IMG/VR virus record: IMGVR_UViG_3300005683_000073
Coordinates: 531 to 64,530 of that record
Reading direction: 5' to 3' (one strand)
DNA length: 64,000 nucleotides
DNA from: a virus
Taxonomy: Duplodnaviria > Caudoviricetes
The position numbers were made by a program, and so were the translations under genes. The notes under the pieces are model-generated. The model made no database searches. It had not been told where the DNA came from and worked only from the letters and a program-made list of their open reading frames with translations. Below are positions 36,346 to 44,809 of this stretch, piece after piece. Every line of letters begins with the position of its first letter. The first letter of the stretch is position 1.

Positions 36346-39145
36346 GATCGACTTCGAGGGCGTAGACGCGGGGACCTGCATACGAGGTCCCCACTCCCAA
36401 CACGCACCTGTAACGCTTCGCCTTCAGCTCGGTCTCCATCTTATCGACCGCGCCGTAGGCGGTCAGCTCCCGCTCCGCCAGCCACTGCGTGAAGTCGCGC
36501 GTGGCGAACCGCACCTTCTTGTCGTCGATCGCCACGACCACGACGGGCTTGCCTGACTTCGGGGACTCCTTGATACCGGGCAGGTAGTCCGTCGGGGGCC
36601 TGCCGCCGCACGGCCCGATGTCGGGGAACTTGTCGATGTAGAGCGTGCTGTTACCACGATCGCGGAGGTACTCCGCAAAGATCTCCTGCAAGGTGTGTTC
36701 CTCCGACATGGTGTTGGTGCGTCCCCGCAGCCGGTCGAGGTTCTCCACCAAGAAGCCGTGCAGGGTGCGGAGGTCGATGTCCACCAGCTCCAGCTTCTTG
36801 GCGAGCGAGGCACCGACCAACAGGATCGACATCATGCCATACCAGAACCGCTCGGCAGGCTCCATCGTGTCGCCCGACAGTTTCAGCAGCGTGTCCTTGA
36901 CCTTCTCCTCGACTTCCTTCGCGTGCGTCGCGAGGTACTGCGCGTAGACACGCCCCGCGTGACCGTAATGCTGGCCGAGGGTCTCGAACAGCAACATCAC
37001 TTCAGCGGACGACCTGCTGGTCTTGGGGGCCTCGGTCATCTCAATCTCGAAAGTGCGGACCATGCCAGCGTCAGAGCCGGTGGTCCGGCGGGCCATCGCT
37101 TCGAAAATCGACTCGTTCGACGCGACGATCAGCATGGTCTCCCATGACTGCACCTCGCGCAGGTTCGCTCCCGAATCGAGTCGCGAACGCTCGCGGCCCT
37201 GCGTGATCTGAAAGGCGAGGTTGCAGAAGCCGTCCACTGTCTGCTTGCCACGCAGCTCGTCCCAGAACGCGGGCAGGTTGTTCACGAAGCCGAGCTTCTT
37301 GGCAACCGAGCGGGGAGTGTCGTCAACGCTGTTCATCGCGTGGACAGGTGAACCCCATACGGCCTGCGCCAGCCTCAACACGGATGACTTGCCCACACCG
37401 CTGGCAGTAGACACGAGACTCAGAATGCCGCCCTGAATGCCCGTGAACCTCAGTAACGGCGCTCCAAAAGAAGCTGCAAGGACGGCGGTCAGGGCGGGGC
37501 TGTTCTGCTTGGCGATGAAGTCGGCGACGCGCTTCCATTCTTCGAGACCTCCGCGAGGCTCATACATCTTCGCCAGCGAGGCGAACTCTTTCGACGGACG
37601 CACGTCGTTCCGGATGCGGCCATCGGCGTGGAACACCGTGGGGGAACAGGCGAAGCCCGCCAGCTCCTCCCCGGCCTTGATCCAGCCGAGCTGGTCCGAC
37701 ACGTCGGCGACGCGCCGCGCGCTCTGCAACTTCTTCAGCCAAGTGGACATCAGTTCTCCAAACGGTTGTAGCTCCTTCGCCTTCAGCGGAACGCCGTAGG
37801 TGGCGAGCTGTTCGGACAGCTTGCGCAGGTTGCCCAACATGCCCATCGGCAGGACCACGTCCCACGTCTCGGTGTTCTTCAGCTTCACCGAGAGCAGCAT
37901 GTCGTACATCCCCGTGGAGACCGAGCGCACCGGACGGAAGCCGATGGGAATGTAGCTGAACTGCTTCACCCACTCCTTCGACTTCTGGCCGTCCCCGGCC
38001 TCGATGATCATCAGCCGCTCCACGCCGCCTTCGTCCTCGGCGTAGCGCCAGCCCGTCGGCAGGCCCATCACGTCCTGCATGCCCTCGTAGCCGACCTGCA
38101 GCGGGGTCTTGATGAACCCGGAGTGCGGGCACTTCGCGCACAACTCAGGCCGGTACATCTCGAAGGTCTTGCACAGCGAGGGGCCTGCGCTGTTCGCCAG
38201 CCGCGCCTGCCACTTCGCGTCGGTGGCCGACTCCGAGTAGGTGGGGTGCCCCTTCGAGACCTCGTGGACGTACAGCGCGCCGTCCTCGCAGTGCTTCAGG
38301 AGCTGGAGGGTGGCCATCCACTCCGGCTCAGAGCAGTCTTTGCCCTGCGTGTCCAGAACCAACTTCGAGACGGCGCAGTGGCGGAGGACCTCTTCGAACC
38401 GGGACGGCTTGGCCTCCCTGTTCCCCACACCACCAGTGAGGTCGTCGTTCGGACCGGGCGCGGGGGCCGGGGCCTTCCGGGTCGGTTGCCACGGGGTCAG
38501 GGCCGCTTCGAGCTGGTCCGGGTCGTGGCGCGCGGAGCTGGCGGTCAGCAGGCGCACGTCCTTGGGGTTGGCCGGGTCCTTGAAGTTCTTCGTGCCGGGG
38601 GGCCGCAGGACGCGGCAGGCGTCCGCCGTGCAGACAAGGTCGGCCTTGAGACCGAGGGTCTTGGCCGCTTCCTTGAAGGCGTCTGCGAGCCTCTGCCAGC
38701 GATCCAGCGGCAGGGCGCGATCGAAGGGCCAGTAGACGTGGATCCCGTTCCCTGAGCCAACCACGATTGACGGAGAGGGCATCTGCGTCGATTTCAGGAA
38801 CGCCTTCAGCGCCGTGACGGCGGCGGGGAGGTCGTGGTACTCCCCCTTGAAGTCGATGTCGAGCCAGAGGGCCTTCAGTTCCCGGACGTTCTCGCGAACC
38901 CGGACAACTTTCTTGCCCTTTTCGTTCTGGTGAAAGCCCTGCTTGTACGAAGCAAGGGCAAAGTACACGTCGTGCCCGCCCTCGACCAGCGCCTTGGCGG
39001 TCTCAGCGGCTTCCGTGTTCGTGCTGCAAACGTAATGGGCGAAGGTCTTGAACTTCGTCCCATCTGGCTTCTGCTTCCCCACCATGCGGGCAACGATCAG
39101 CTTGCCCGCCGGTAGAACTGCGTCGAAGAAGTCGGCCAATTCCAT
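36275..39145 (-). CDS. DNA primase-helicase (primase N-terminus, Zn motif, DUF927-like and P-loop domains)
   Basis: LWLDID, VGSGNGIHVYW, CRVLRPPGT.N; C..CPH; P-loop STASGVGKSS; FWDE; QGRERSRL. Confidence 0.85.
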   Translation of the reverse strand: MELADFFDAVLPAGKLIVARMVGKQKPDGTKFKTFAHYVCSTNTEAAETAKALVEGGHDVYFALASYKQGFHQNEKGKKVVRVRENVRELKALWLDIDFKGEYHDLPAAVTALKAFLKSTQMPSPSIVVGSGNGIHVYWPFDRALPLDRWQRLADAFKEAAKTLGLKADLVCTADACRVLRPPGTKNFKDPANPKDVRLLTASSARHDPDQLEAALTPWQPTRKAPAPAPGPNDDLTGGVGNREAKPSRFEEVLRHCAVSKLVLDTQGKDCSEPEWMATLQLLKHCEDGALYVHEVSKGHPTYSESATDAKWQARLANSAGPSLCKTFEMYRPELCAKCPHSGFIKTPLQVGYEGMQDVMGLPTGWRYAEDEGGVERLMIIEAGDGQKSKEWVKQFSYIPIGFRPVRSVSTGMYDMLLSVKLKNTETWDVVLPMGMLGNLRKLSEQLATYGVPLKAKELQPFGELMSTWLKKLQSARRVADVSDQLGWIKAGEELAGFACSPTVFHADGRIRNDVRPSKEFASLAKMYEPRGGLEEWKRVADFIAKQNSPALTAVLAASFGAPLLRFTGIQGGILSLVSTASGVGKSSVLRLAQAVWGSPVHAMNSVDDTPRSVAKKLGFVNNLPAFWDELRGKQTVDGFCNLAFQITQGRERSRLDSGANLREVQSWETMLIVASNESIFEAMARRTTGSDAGMVRTFEIEMTEAPKTSRSSAEVMLLFETLGQHYGHAGRVYAQYLATHAKEVEEKVKDTLLKLSGDTMEPAERFWYGMMSILLVGASLAKKLELVDIDLRTLHGFLVENLDRLRGRTNTMSEEHTLQEIFAEYLRDRGNSTLYIDKFPDIGPCGGRPPTDYLPGIKESPKSGKPVVVVAIDDKKVRFATRDFTQWLAERELTAYGAVDKMETELKAKRYRCVLGVGTSYAGPRVYALEVDLNEVGFSSPGGSPDSSTSAALAS

Positions 39146-39157
39146 CGCGCCCCCGCG

Positions 39158-39192
39158 AAGAAAGAGAGGGGGGAGTAAGGGCCTCCCCCCTC
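39158..39192 (-). terminator. intrinsic terminator between the SSB-like gene and primase
   Basis: 10-bp stem GAGGGGGGAG / CTCCCCCCTC (39166-39192), followed on the minus strand by TCTTTCTT. Confidence 0.65.
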
Positions 39193-39202
39193 ATAGCCAC
39201 GC

Positions 39203-40291
39203 CTACCCGAGCAGGGAGTCGAGGAGGTCGTCGAACCCCTTGGCCGTCGCGGGGGCGGCAGCGGCCTTGGGGGACGGCTCGTCGTCATCTGCCGGAGCAG
39301 GAGCGGAGGGCTTGGTGGCCTTCTTCTTGGCCTTCGGTGCGGGCGGCGCGGTCTCTTCCTCGTCCTCGTCGTCGGTCTGGGCCGCTGCCGGGGCGGTCGT
39401 GACTTCCACGTCCTCCTCGTCGGCGGGGCGGGCCTTGGGCTTGGGCTTGGCAGCGCGGGGAGCCGGGGCCGGAGCCGGGGTTTCTTCAGCCGCCTTGGCG
39501 GTTCCCTCGTCCCCGCCGGTAGTTCCGGCCTCGGCAAACTCAGGCGCTTCGCTCAGGATGCGGTGGGCATCCTCGCTATCACGCAGCTCGCAGACGGCCT
39601 CGTACTCCTCCTCCGAGAGGAAGCGGGGAGCGCCGTTCTCCGTAGCAACACGGAACGTGAGCTTCGGGTGCGACGCCGCCGAGTCGAAGCCGACGCGGGT
39701 GGCGACGGCGAAGTACTCGACGCCCGCAGGGCCGAGGACCTTCTCGGCGTAGTCCTTGAGCGGATTCAGCGACGCGGGCGGCACACGCATCAGGAACAGG
39801 TGCGAGTCGGTGCCCTTGCGACGCAGCTCGTCGGCGAACACCACTGCCATGCGGCGCACATCGGAGCAGGCACGCCCCTTCTTGCCGTCCTCGGAGATGC
39901 GGCTCCCCCACTGGTTGTGCGGGCAAGTGGCGCACGCAGCGTGCTGCGGCTCCTTCACGCCAGCGTCGGGCTTGATGCCGTCGCTCGACCAGCAGGTCGG
40001 CGGGGAGTTGTCGCCCTCCTTGAACTTGCTCTTGTAGAACGTCTTGGACGGCATCTTGTTCGACTTGACCAGCACCAGCTCGATGGACTGGATCGGGTCG
40101 CCGTTCTGATCGACGTAGTTGATCTCCTCGCCGGACTTGCGGATGCGCCACACCTTGCCACGGTACGAGATGATCGGGAAACCAGCGGTGACGCCAGCGG
40201 ACAGCTCGGTGCTGACGGCGCGAGCGGTATCGGCACCACGGCGCAGGTGCGCGGGGAGCTGGTTCTTGTTCAGCGGGACGAGGTTGCTCAT
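39203..40291 (-). CDS. putative ssDNA-binding/annealing protein
   Basis: FPIISYRGK.WRI, PTCWSSDGIKP, CATCPHNQWGS, KACSDVRR, RVPPASL; long acidic/Pro tail ending FDDLLDSLLG. Confidence 0.7.
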   Translation of the reverse strand: MSNLVPLNKNQLPAHLRRGADTARAVSTELSAGVTAGFPIISYRGKVWRIRKSGEEINYVDQNGDPIQSIELVLVKSNKMPSKTFYKSKFKEGDNSPPTCWSSDGIKPDAGVKEPQHAACATCPHNQWGSRISEDGKKGRACSDVRRMAVVFADELRRKGTDSHLFLMRVPPASLNPLKDYAEKVLGPAGVEYFAVATRVGFDSAASHPKLTFRVATENGAPRFLSEEEYEAVCELRDSEDAHRILSEAPEFAEAGTTGGDEGTAKAAEETPAPAPAPRAAKPKPKARPADEEDVEVTTAPAAAQTDDEDEEETAPPAPKAKKKATKPSAPAPADDDEPSPKAAAAPATAKGFDDLLDSLLG

Positions 40292-40692
40292 TAGGATCTC
40301 CGGATTCCGACGGTGATGATGGACGAGAACTTCACGCCGGGGAGCGGCGTGCCCGAGTTCGCACGATCACGCGCGACGGTCTTGTTGGCCTTCAGGTCAA
40401 CGGCGTCCCAGTCGTTCGTGGATTCGAGGTACTCACGGAACTCCGCCTTGTTCTCGACGGTGGCGGAGTCCTTGTGGTTGCGGTAGACGGTGCCCACACC
40501 CTTCGCGGTGAGGGAGTCCATGCCAAGCTCGTCGAGCTTCTGCAGGAGGATCGACTCCAGCATCTCCATGAGCTTGTTGGTCTGCTCCAGCGACTTCTTG
40601 AACTCGTCCTGTGCGGCTTCCTTCTTGTCGCGGAGCTTGATGTACGCCTCCACCAATTCGGCGGGCGTCCTAGTCGTCACGGGTTGTGACAT
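40291..40692 (-). CDS. coiled-coil phage protein (133 aa)
   Basis: ELVEAYIKLRDKK coiled coil, GVGTVY, LPGVKF; TAATG coupling. Confidence 0.75.
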   Translation of the reverse strand: MSQPVTTRTPAELVEAYIKLRDKKEAAQDEFKKSLEQTNKLMEMLESILLQKLDELGMDSLTAKGVGTVYRNHKDSATVENKAEFREYLESTNDWDAVDLKANKTVARDRANSGTPLPGVKFSSIITVGIRRS

Positions 40693-40718
40693 GCGATGCT
40701 CTCCTTGTGGCTCTATCG

Positions 40719-42251
40719 TTATTCGAACATTTCCAGCAGAGCGCCCTGAAGCGACGACTTCTGCTGCAGGCGTCGGTACAGCTTGCTCTCGACCGCAGTC
40801 CCAGTCAAGTGCATTATGAGCTGTTTCCTAGTCTGTCCGGGCCGGGTGATTCTAGCACACGCTTGCTCATAAGTTTCAAGCGAAGTCGAGGGCGAGAACC
40901 AGATGATGACGTTGGCAGAGGTCAGGGTCAGGCCGTGAGCCATGCACTTGGGGTGGGCGACCAGCACCCGTGGCAGCTCGGCGGACTGGAACTCCGTGAA
41001 GATCCTGTCGCGGGCCTGCTTGGGGGTTTCGCCTGACACCTGCTCCACACTGTAGCCGAGGGCCTTGAGCCGTTCGGCAAGCATCTTCGATGCGTGGATG
41101 AAATCGACGAAAACAATTACTTTCCCCTCAGCCTCGTCCAGCAGCTCGGTCAGAGCATCCATCCGGGGGGAGTTGTCCAGCTCGACGGGCGTCCCGGTCT
41201 TGGTGTAGACGAAGCCGGTGGTGATCTGCAGCAGCTTCGACATGAGGACGCCTTCGTTGGCGGCGTTTACCTCACCACTGGCAAACCCGACCTTCATGTG
41301 GCGAACCATCTCGTCGTAGATCCGCTTCTGCTCCTTCGTGAGGGGAGCCTCGCGCGTGTCGTAGACTACGGGAGGCAGCTCCACGCAGTCGTCGCGCTTG
41401 AAACGCACGGCGGGCTGGAGCATCTCGTACACCGTCTCCTTGGCGTCCTCGCGCGGGATCCAGCGGAAGGTCGAGACCTGCCGCATGGTGGCTTCCTTGA
41501 AGTGCTTGAAGTACTTCGGCGCTCGCTCGGGAGTCAGGAGCTTCGCTTGCCCCCACGCATCGGGAGGCTCGTTCGGGGTCGGGCTACCAGTGAGGCCCCA
41601 AGCGAAAGCGCGGCCCGACACCAGCGCAGCAAGAGCCTTCCAACGATCAGTACGGGCATTGCGAAAAGAAGCAAGCTCGTCAACAACCACACACTGAATA
41701 TCGCTGCGTAGGCGAAGCTCAGCGCCGACAGTCTTAATGCCGTCGTGGTTAATGACGTAGATATGGTGGTCTTGCGCGAGGATCTCTCGCCGCCGCTTCC
41801 GGTCGCCATGTACTACCCCCACGCTCAGGTGATTGAAGTGACGAAAGACCTCTCTGTACCACACCGTTGTCAGGGTGGAAAGAGGTGCCACGACAATCGC
41901 CCGCTCGATCACACCGCAGCGGATCAGGAAGTCGATGGCGTAGAGCGCGGACCGGGTCTTGCCGGTGCCCATCTCCGACAGGACGTAGGCCCGTCGGTTC
42001 ATCGTGAGCATGGCAGCGGTGATCTTCTGGGTCTTGAACGGAGAGTCGCCGTTCCAGTCGTACTGCGCCATGATGGGCGCAGGGGCCTTGAGGCCGAGGT
42101 TGCGCGCGAGGCGCACCACGTCGTGCGTGTGCGGCAGGACCAGCCGCTCGCCTTCGACGCGATGCTCCGGGATCAGGTTTGCCAGCGCCGCGTTGAAGGG
42201 CAACGTCAGCGTCTTGGCATGCCTGTCTACCGCGACAGCTTGCTCAGCCAA
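40719..42251 (-). CDS. SNF2-like superfamily 2 helicase
   Basis: SEMGTGKT, VVAPLS, VVVDE, LTGSPTPN, AHGLTLT, EQACARITRPGQ. Confidence 0.92.
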   Translation of the reverse strand: MAEQAVAVDRHAKTLTLPFNAALANLIPEHRVEGERLVLPHTHDVVRLARNLGLKAPAPIMAQYDWNGDSPFKTQKITAAMLTMNRRAYVLSEMGTGKTRSALYAIDFLIRCGVIERAIVVAPLSTLTTVWYREVFRHFNHLSVGVVHGDRKRRREILAQDHHIYVINHDGIKTVGAELRLRSDIQCVVVDELASFRNARTDRWKALAALVSGRAFAWGLTGSPTPNEPPDAWGQAKLLTPERAPKYFKHFKEATMRQVSTFRWIPREDAKETVYEMLQPAVRFKRDDCVELPPVVYDTREAPLTKEQKRIYDEMVRHMKVGFASGEVNAANEGVLMSKLLQITTGFVYTKTGTPVELDNSPRMDALTELLDEAEGKVIVFVDFIHASKMLAERLKALGYSVEQVSGETPKQARDRIFTEFQSAELPRVLVAHPKCMAHGLTLTSANVIIWFSPSTSLETYEQACARITRPGQTRKQLIMHLTGTAVESKLYRRLQQKSSLQGALLEMFE

Positions 42252-42535
42252 TCAGAAAACTCCGCCGTGTTGGTTCCGTCGTACACGAACACCTTCGCGC
42301 CTGCACGCTCCATGTCGGCAATGGTGGTGAGCTGGCGCTCGGTCGGCTTCTTGCCGGGGGCCTTCGTCTCAATGGCGAAGAACTGCCCACGGAAGCAGCC
42401 GATGAAGTCGAGCGTCGGTGCGCCCATGCCGTTCTGCACAGGCATGTGGTAGTAGATCTCGTACCCCTCGTGGCGCAGGTACTCGAAGGCTTTCTTGACC
42501 TTCGCCTTCACCTTGCCCTCGGGGGTACTAGCCAT
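42227..42535 (-). CDS. VRR-NUC domain nuclease
   Basis: PEGKVK, GMGAPTLDFIGC, FAIETKAPGKKPT.RQ. Confidence 0.88.
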   Translation of the reverse strand: MASTPEGKVKAKVKKAFEYLRHEGYEIYYHMPVQNGMGAPTLDFIGCFRGQFFAIETKAPGKKPTERQLTTIADMERAGAKVFVYDGTNTAEFSDWLSKLSR

Positions 42536-42800
42536 TGTGGCACCGGAAGCAGGCCGTGGTGATCAGGAGCGCCATCTCGTCGATCGTCCCGACCTCCTGC
42601 GCATTGCCGCAATAGACCTCGACCTTGCCGTCCTCGATATCCAGCTCGACCTTCTTCCCTTCCTTGGCGGACTTCGCCAGCAGGACCATCGCTGCGCCGA
42701 CGGAGGTGGTGTACCACTCGGTGTCGATGGCATCGGGGATCAGGTCGTCGTCCTCCCCGATATAGCGCGCAGCCCATTCGTTCAGCTTCGACTTGTTCAT
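42528..42800 (-). CDS. hypothetical protein (90 aa)
   Basis: ATG at 42800 after GGAGG; acidic. Confidence 0.65.
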   Translation of the reverse strand: MNKSKLNEWAARYIGEDDDLIPDAIDTEWYTTSVGAAMVLLAKSAKEGKKVELDIEDGKVEVYCGNAQEVGTIDEMALLITTACFRCHNG

Positions 42801-42808
42801 TGACCCTC

Positions 42809-43285
42809 CTACAGGTCGTAGACCATTCCACACGTTGCCAGAAACTCCACCGAGTCTAGGTTCTGCGCATCGACGGACAGCTCTCTGCCGTTCTTGAACA
42901 TCACATGGACCTGTCCGTTCTGCTCGCAGCGAACCTTCTCGATGCGGTTGGGGAAGTGCTTGTGGAGCTTGAAAAAGAACAGCTCCCCTCGCAGGTTGAT
43001 GCTGTCAATGCTCACAAGGATGTCCCTCTGCAGGCGGTCCCGATCTTTCGAGTCCCAATCATCGAGGAGCAGCTCGAAGCCCCGCACCAGCGAACCGTCG
43101 AACGGGTCCTTCCACCGGCAGCGCAGAGCGTAGCCCATGCGCTGCATGTCGCGGTGGCAGTCCACGCGGAACTGCATCGCTTTCACCAGACGCGGGGGGA
43201 CGTTGTCCCGCTTGGTGACGTACTCGATAGCAGACATCGCCATCTGCACGATCGCGTTGTCGTCGATGCGGGATGTCAGCGCCAT
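42809..43285 (-). CDS. hypothetical protein (158 aa)
   Basis: TGATG-coupled ORF. Confidence 0.7.
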   Translation of the reverse strand: MALTSRIDDNAIVQMAMSAIEYVTKRDNVPPRLVKAMQFRVDCHRDMQRMGYALRCRWKDPFDGSLVRGFELLLDDWDSKDRDRLQRDILVSIDSINLRGELFFFKLHKHFPNRIEKVRCEQNGQVHVMFKNGRELSVDAQNLDSVEFLATCGMVYDL

Positions 43286-43956
43286 CAGCTACGCGCCTCC
43301 CAGTTCGGGCACTGCTTGACAGGGCAGTAGCCCCTGCACAGGCCGGACTTCTTCGCAGGGAAGTCGGTCGTCTTGAGCGCCAGCTCGACGCGCTGCGCGC
43401 GGGGGATGAGGTCCGCCCAGATGGCCTTCAGGTCATGCTTGGTGTACGACTTCCGGGAGATGTTCTTGTGCTTCAGCCAGACGAATGCGATGTCGAACGT
43501 CTCCAGCTCGGGCATGTACTGGCCAAGCACCGCAGCCGACATGGCGAGCTGCGTGAAGTCGTCCTTGATCTTGCCCGTTTTCCAGTCCACCACGATGGCG
43601 TGCGTACCACGCACGATGGCGAGGTCGATGATCGACCGCAGGTACACGTCGCTGGCGAAGAAATCGGTCGGCTCGAAGGCGCGGTTCAGCGCGAGCTTGA
43701 GTTCCCCGTGCTTATCACCGGGGGCACTTGCAAAACGCGCCGCCAGTGATTCGTAATGCCGTAGCGGCAGAGGGAGCGGATCTCCCTTCGTAACACGCTT
43801 GAAGAGCGCGGCGTGGATTGCGTTGCCTTCGGCTCCTGCTTCGGAGTCTCCGTATTCATCTTTGACATCCTTTGCGACGTTGATGTGGTAGTACTGCTTG
43901 GGACAGGACTCGTAACGCCCAAGGGCCGAGTAGCTCCATGCGAAAGGCTTAGACAT
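43285..43956 (-). CDS. PD-(D/E)XK (RecB/Cas4-like) exonuclease
   Basis: WSYSAL..YESCPKQY, GNAIH, IIDL, VVDWKTGK, C-terminal SGLCRGYCPVKQCP (four Cys). Confidence 0.9.
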   Translation of the reverse strand: MSKPFAWSYSALGRYESCPKQYYHINVAKDVKDEYGDSEAGAEGNAIHAALFKRVTKGDPLPLPLRHYESLAARFASAPGDKHGELKLALNRAFEPTDFFASDVYLRSIIDLAIVRGTHAIVVDWKTGKIKDDFTQLAMSAAVLGQYMPELETFDIAFVWLKHKNISRKSYTKHDLKAIWADLIPRAQRVELALKTTDFPAKKSGLCRGYCPVKQCPNWEARS

Positions 43957-44158
43957 CGGTGAAGATCTCGCAGAGTTTTGCACGGTAGCCCATGCGGTAC
44001 GCGGCGGTGCGGTCCACGCCAGTGCCAAGTGGCTCGTGCGCCTTACTGAAGTTGGACCATGCCTCGGCTGCGGTCGCGCCGTGGGGGGTGTAGACGATCC
44101 CCTTCTTGCCGGGGGCGACGATGAACCATCGCCGGTCTAAGGTTACGAACCCGCTCAT
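43949..44158 (-). CDS. hypothetical protein (69 aa)
   Basis: Start overlaps the TGA of the 45-aa mini-ORF (ATGA). Confidence 0.6.
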   Translation of the reverse strand: MSGFVTLDRRWFIVAPGKKGIVYTPHGATAAEAWSNFSKAHEPLGTGVDRTAAYRMGYRAKLCEIFTDV

Positions 44159-44208
44159 TTGCAGTCTCCAAAGGTCGGCCCGTACGCCACTTCGACCGCA
44201 ACAGGCAG
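44155..44208. repeat. imperfect direct repeat, copy 1 (polymerase 3' end duplicate)
   Basis: 44 of 54 nt identical to 44756-44809 by manual alignment. Confidence 0.9.
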
Positions 44209-44292
44209 GTCACGTTCCACGGGGACAAGACCCCGCAAGCGGGCAACCTCGGCGTCCTGAATCATTTGCAGCTTGCCGCTATTGGGGTCCAT
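44155..44292 (-). CDS. 45-aa mini-ORF ending in a copy of the DNA polymerase C-terminus
   Basis: GAGGT RBS; MDPNSGKLQMIQDAEVARLRGLVPVERDLPVAVEVAYGPTFGDCK; too short for the supplied ORF track. Confidence 0.65.
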   Translation of the reverse strand: MDPNSGKLQMIQDAEVARLRGLVPVERDLPVAVEVAYGPTFGDCK

Positions 44293-44296
44293 GTCG

Positions 44297-44524
44297 TTAC
44301 CTCGTGATGTGCTTGACGGCCCACATGACCGATTCTTCGGCCTTCGTCTTGGCGAGTGACAACTCTCGGCTCTCGCCCACGGAACCGATCAGGTTCCACA
44401 GCTCCAGACCCTTGTCCTTGATCGCCTGCATCTGCGCCTTCTCGTCGTCCGACAGGACGCGATAGGCGTGCCGCATCACGTTGTTGATCGTGCGGGCGTC
44501 GCTCGTTGAGTCTACGGTCGGCAT
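44297..44524 (-). CDS. acb2: Acb2/Tad1-family cyclic-nucleotide sponge (anti-CBASS-like)
   Basis: YRVLSDDEKAQMQAIKDKG and RELSLAKTKAEESVMWAVKHI helical hairpin; Y-x14-K and R-x6-T spacing matches Acb2 as recalled. Confidence 0.8.
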   Translation of the reverse strand: MPTVDSTSDARTINNVMRHAYRVLSDDEKAQMQAIKDKGLELWNLIGSVGESRELSLAKTKAEESVMWAVKHITR

Positions 44525-44525
44525 T

Positions 44526-44759
44526 TCAGCCTCCTTTGGCTATTGGTGAATCGACAGTCAGTTCCGGTTGATCCGCCGTGGTCGGCGCGACATAAAGCGG
44601 TCGAATCTGCGGCCCGACAGGAGCGTTGTTGCAGGCGTCACAGCACGACGGCGACCTGAGATTCATTGAAAAATCATCACACTGTCGCCAGAGCGCGCCG
44701 CAGACGATGCAGGCGTGTGTCGGGGCGAGCATGGGGTGTTGCGATGCAAATTCACTCAT
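44526..44759 (-). CDS. Cys-rich hypothetical protein (77 aa)
   Basis: ATGA overlap with the polymerase stop; CIVC and CCDAC motifs. Confidence 0.65.
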   Translation of the reverse strand: MSEFASQHPMLAPTHACIVCGALWRQCDDFSMNLRSPSCCDACNNAPVGPQIRPLYVAPTTADQPELTVDSPIAKGG

Positions 44760-44809
44760 TTGCAATCTCCAAAGGTCGGACCGTAATTGACTTCTGCCGC
44801 AACGGGGAG
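44756..44809. repeat. imperfect direct repeat, copy 2 (true polymerase 3' end)
   Basis: Encodes LPVAAEVNYGPTFGDCK*; 601 bp from copy 1. Confidence 0.9.

Noticed and set aside
43285-43956. Cas4-like gene suggesting a CRISPR-Cas locus
   Set aside because: No repeat-spacer array or other cas genes; it is a typical phage PD-(D/E)XK exonuclease in a replication module.
44262-44271. Third short copy (TCATTTGCAG) of the polymerase-end repeat
   Set aside because: Only 10 bp and the upstream frame does not resemble the polymerase; may be chance or an old scar.
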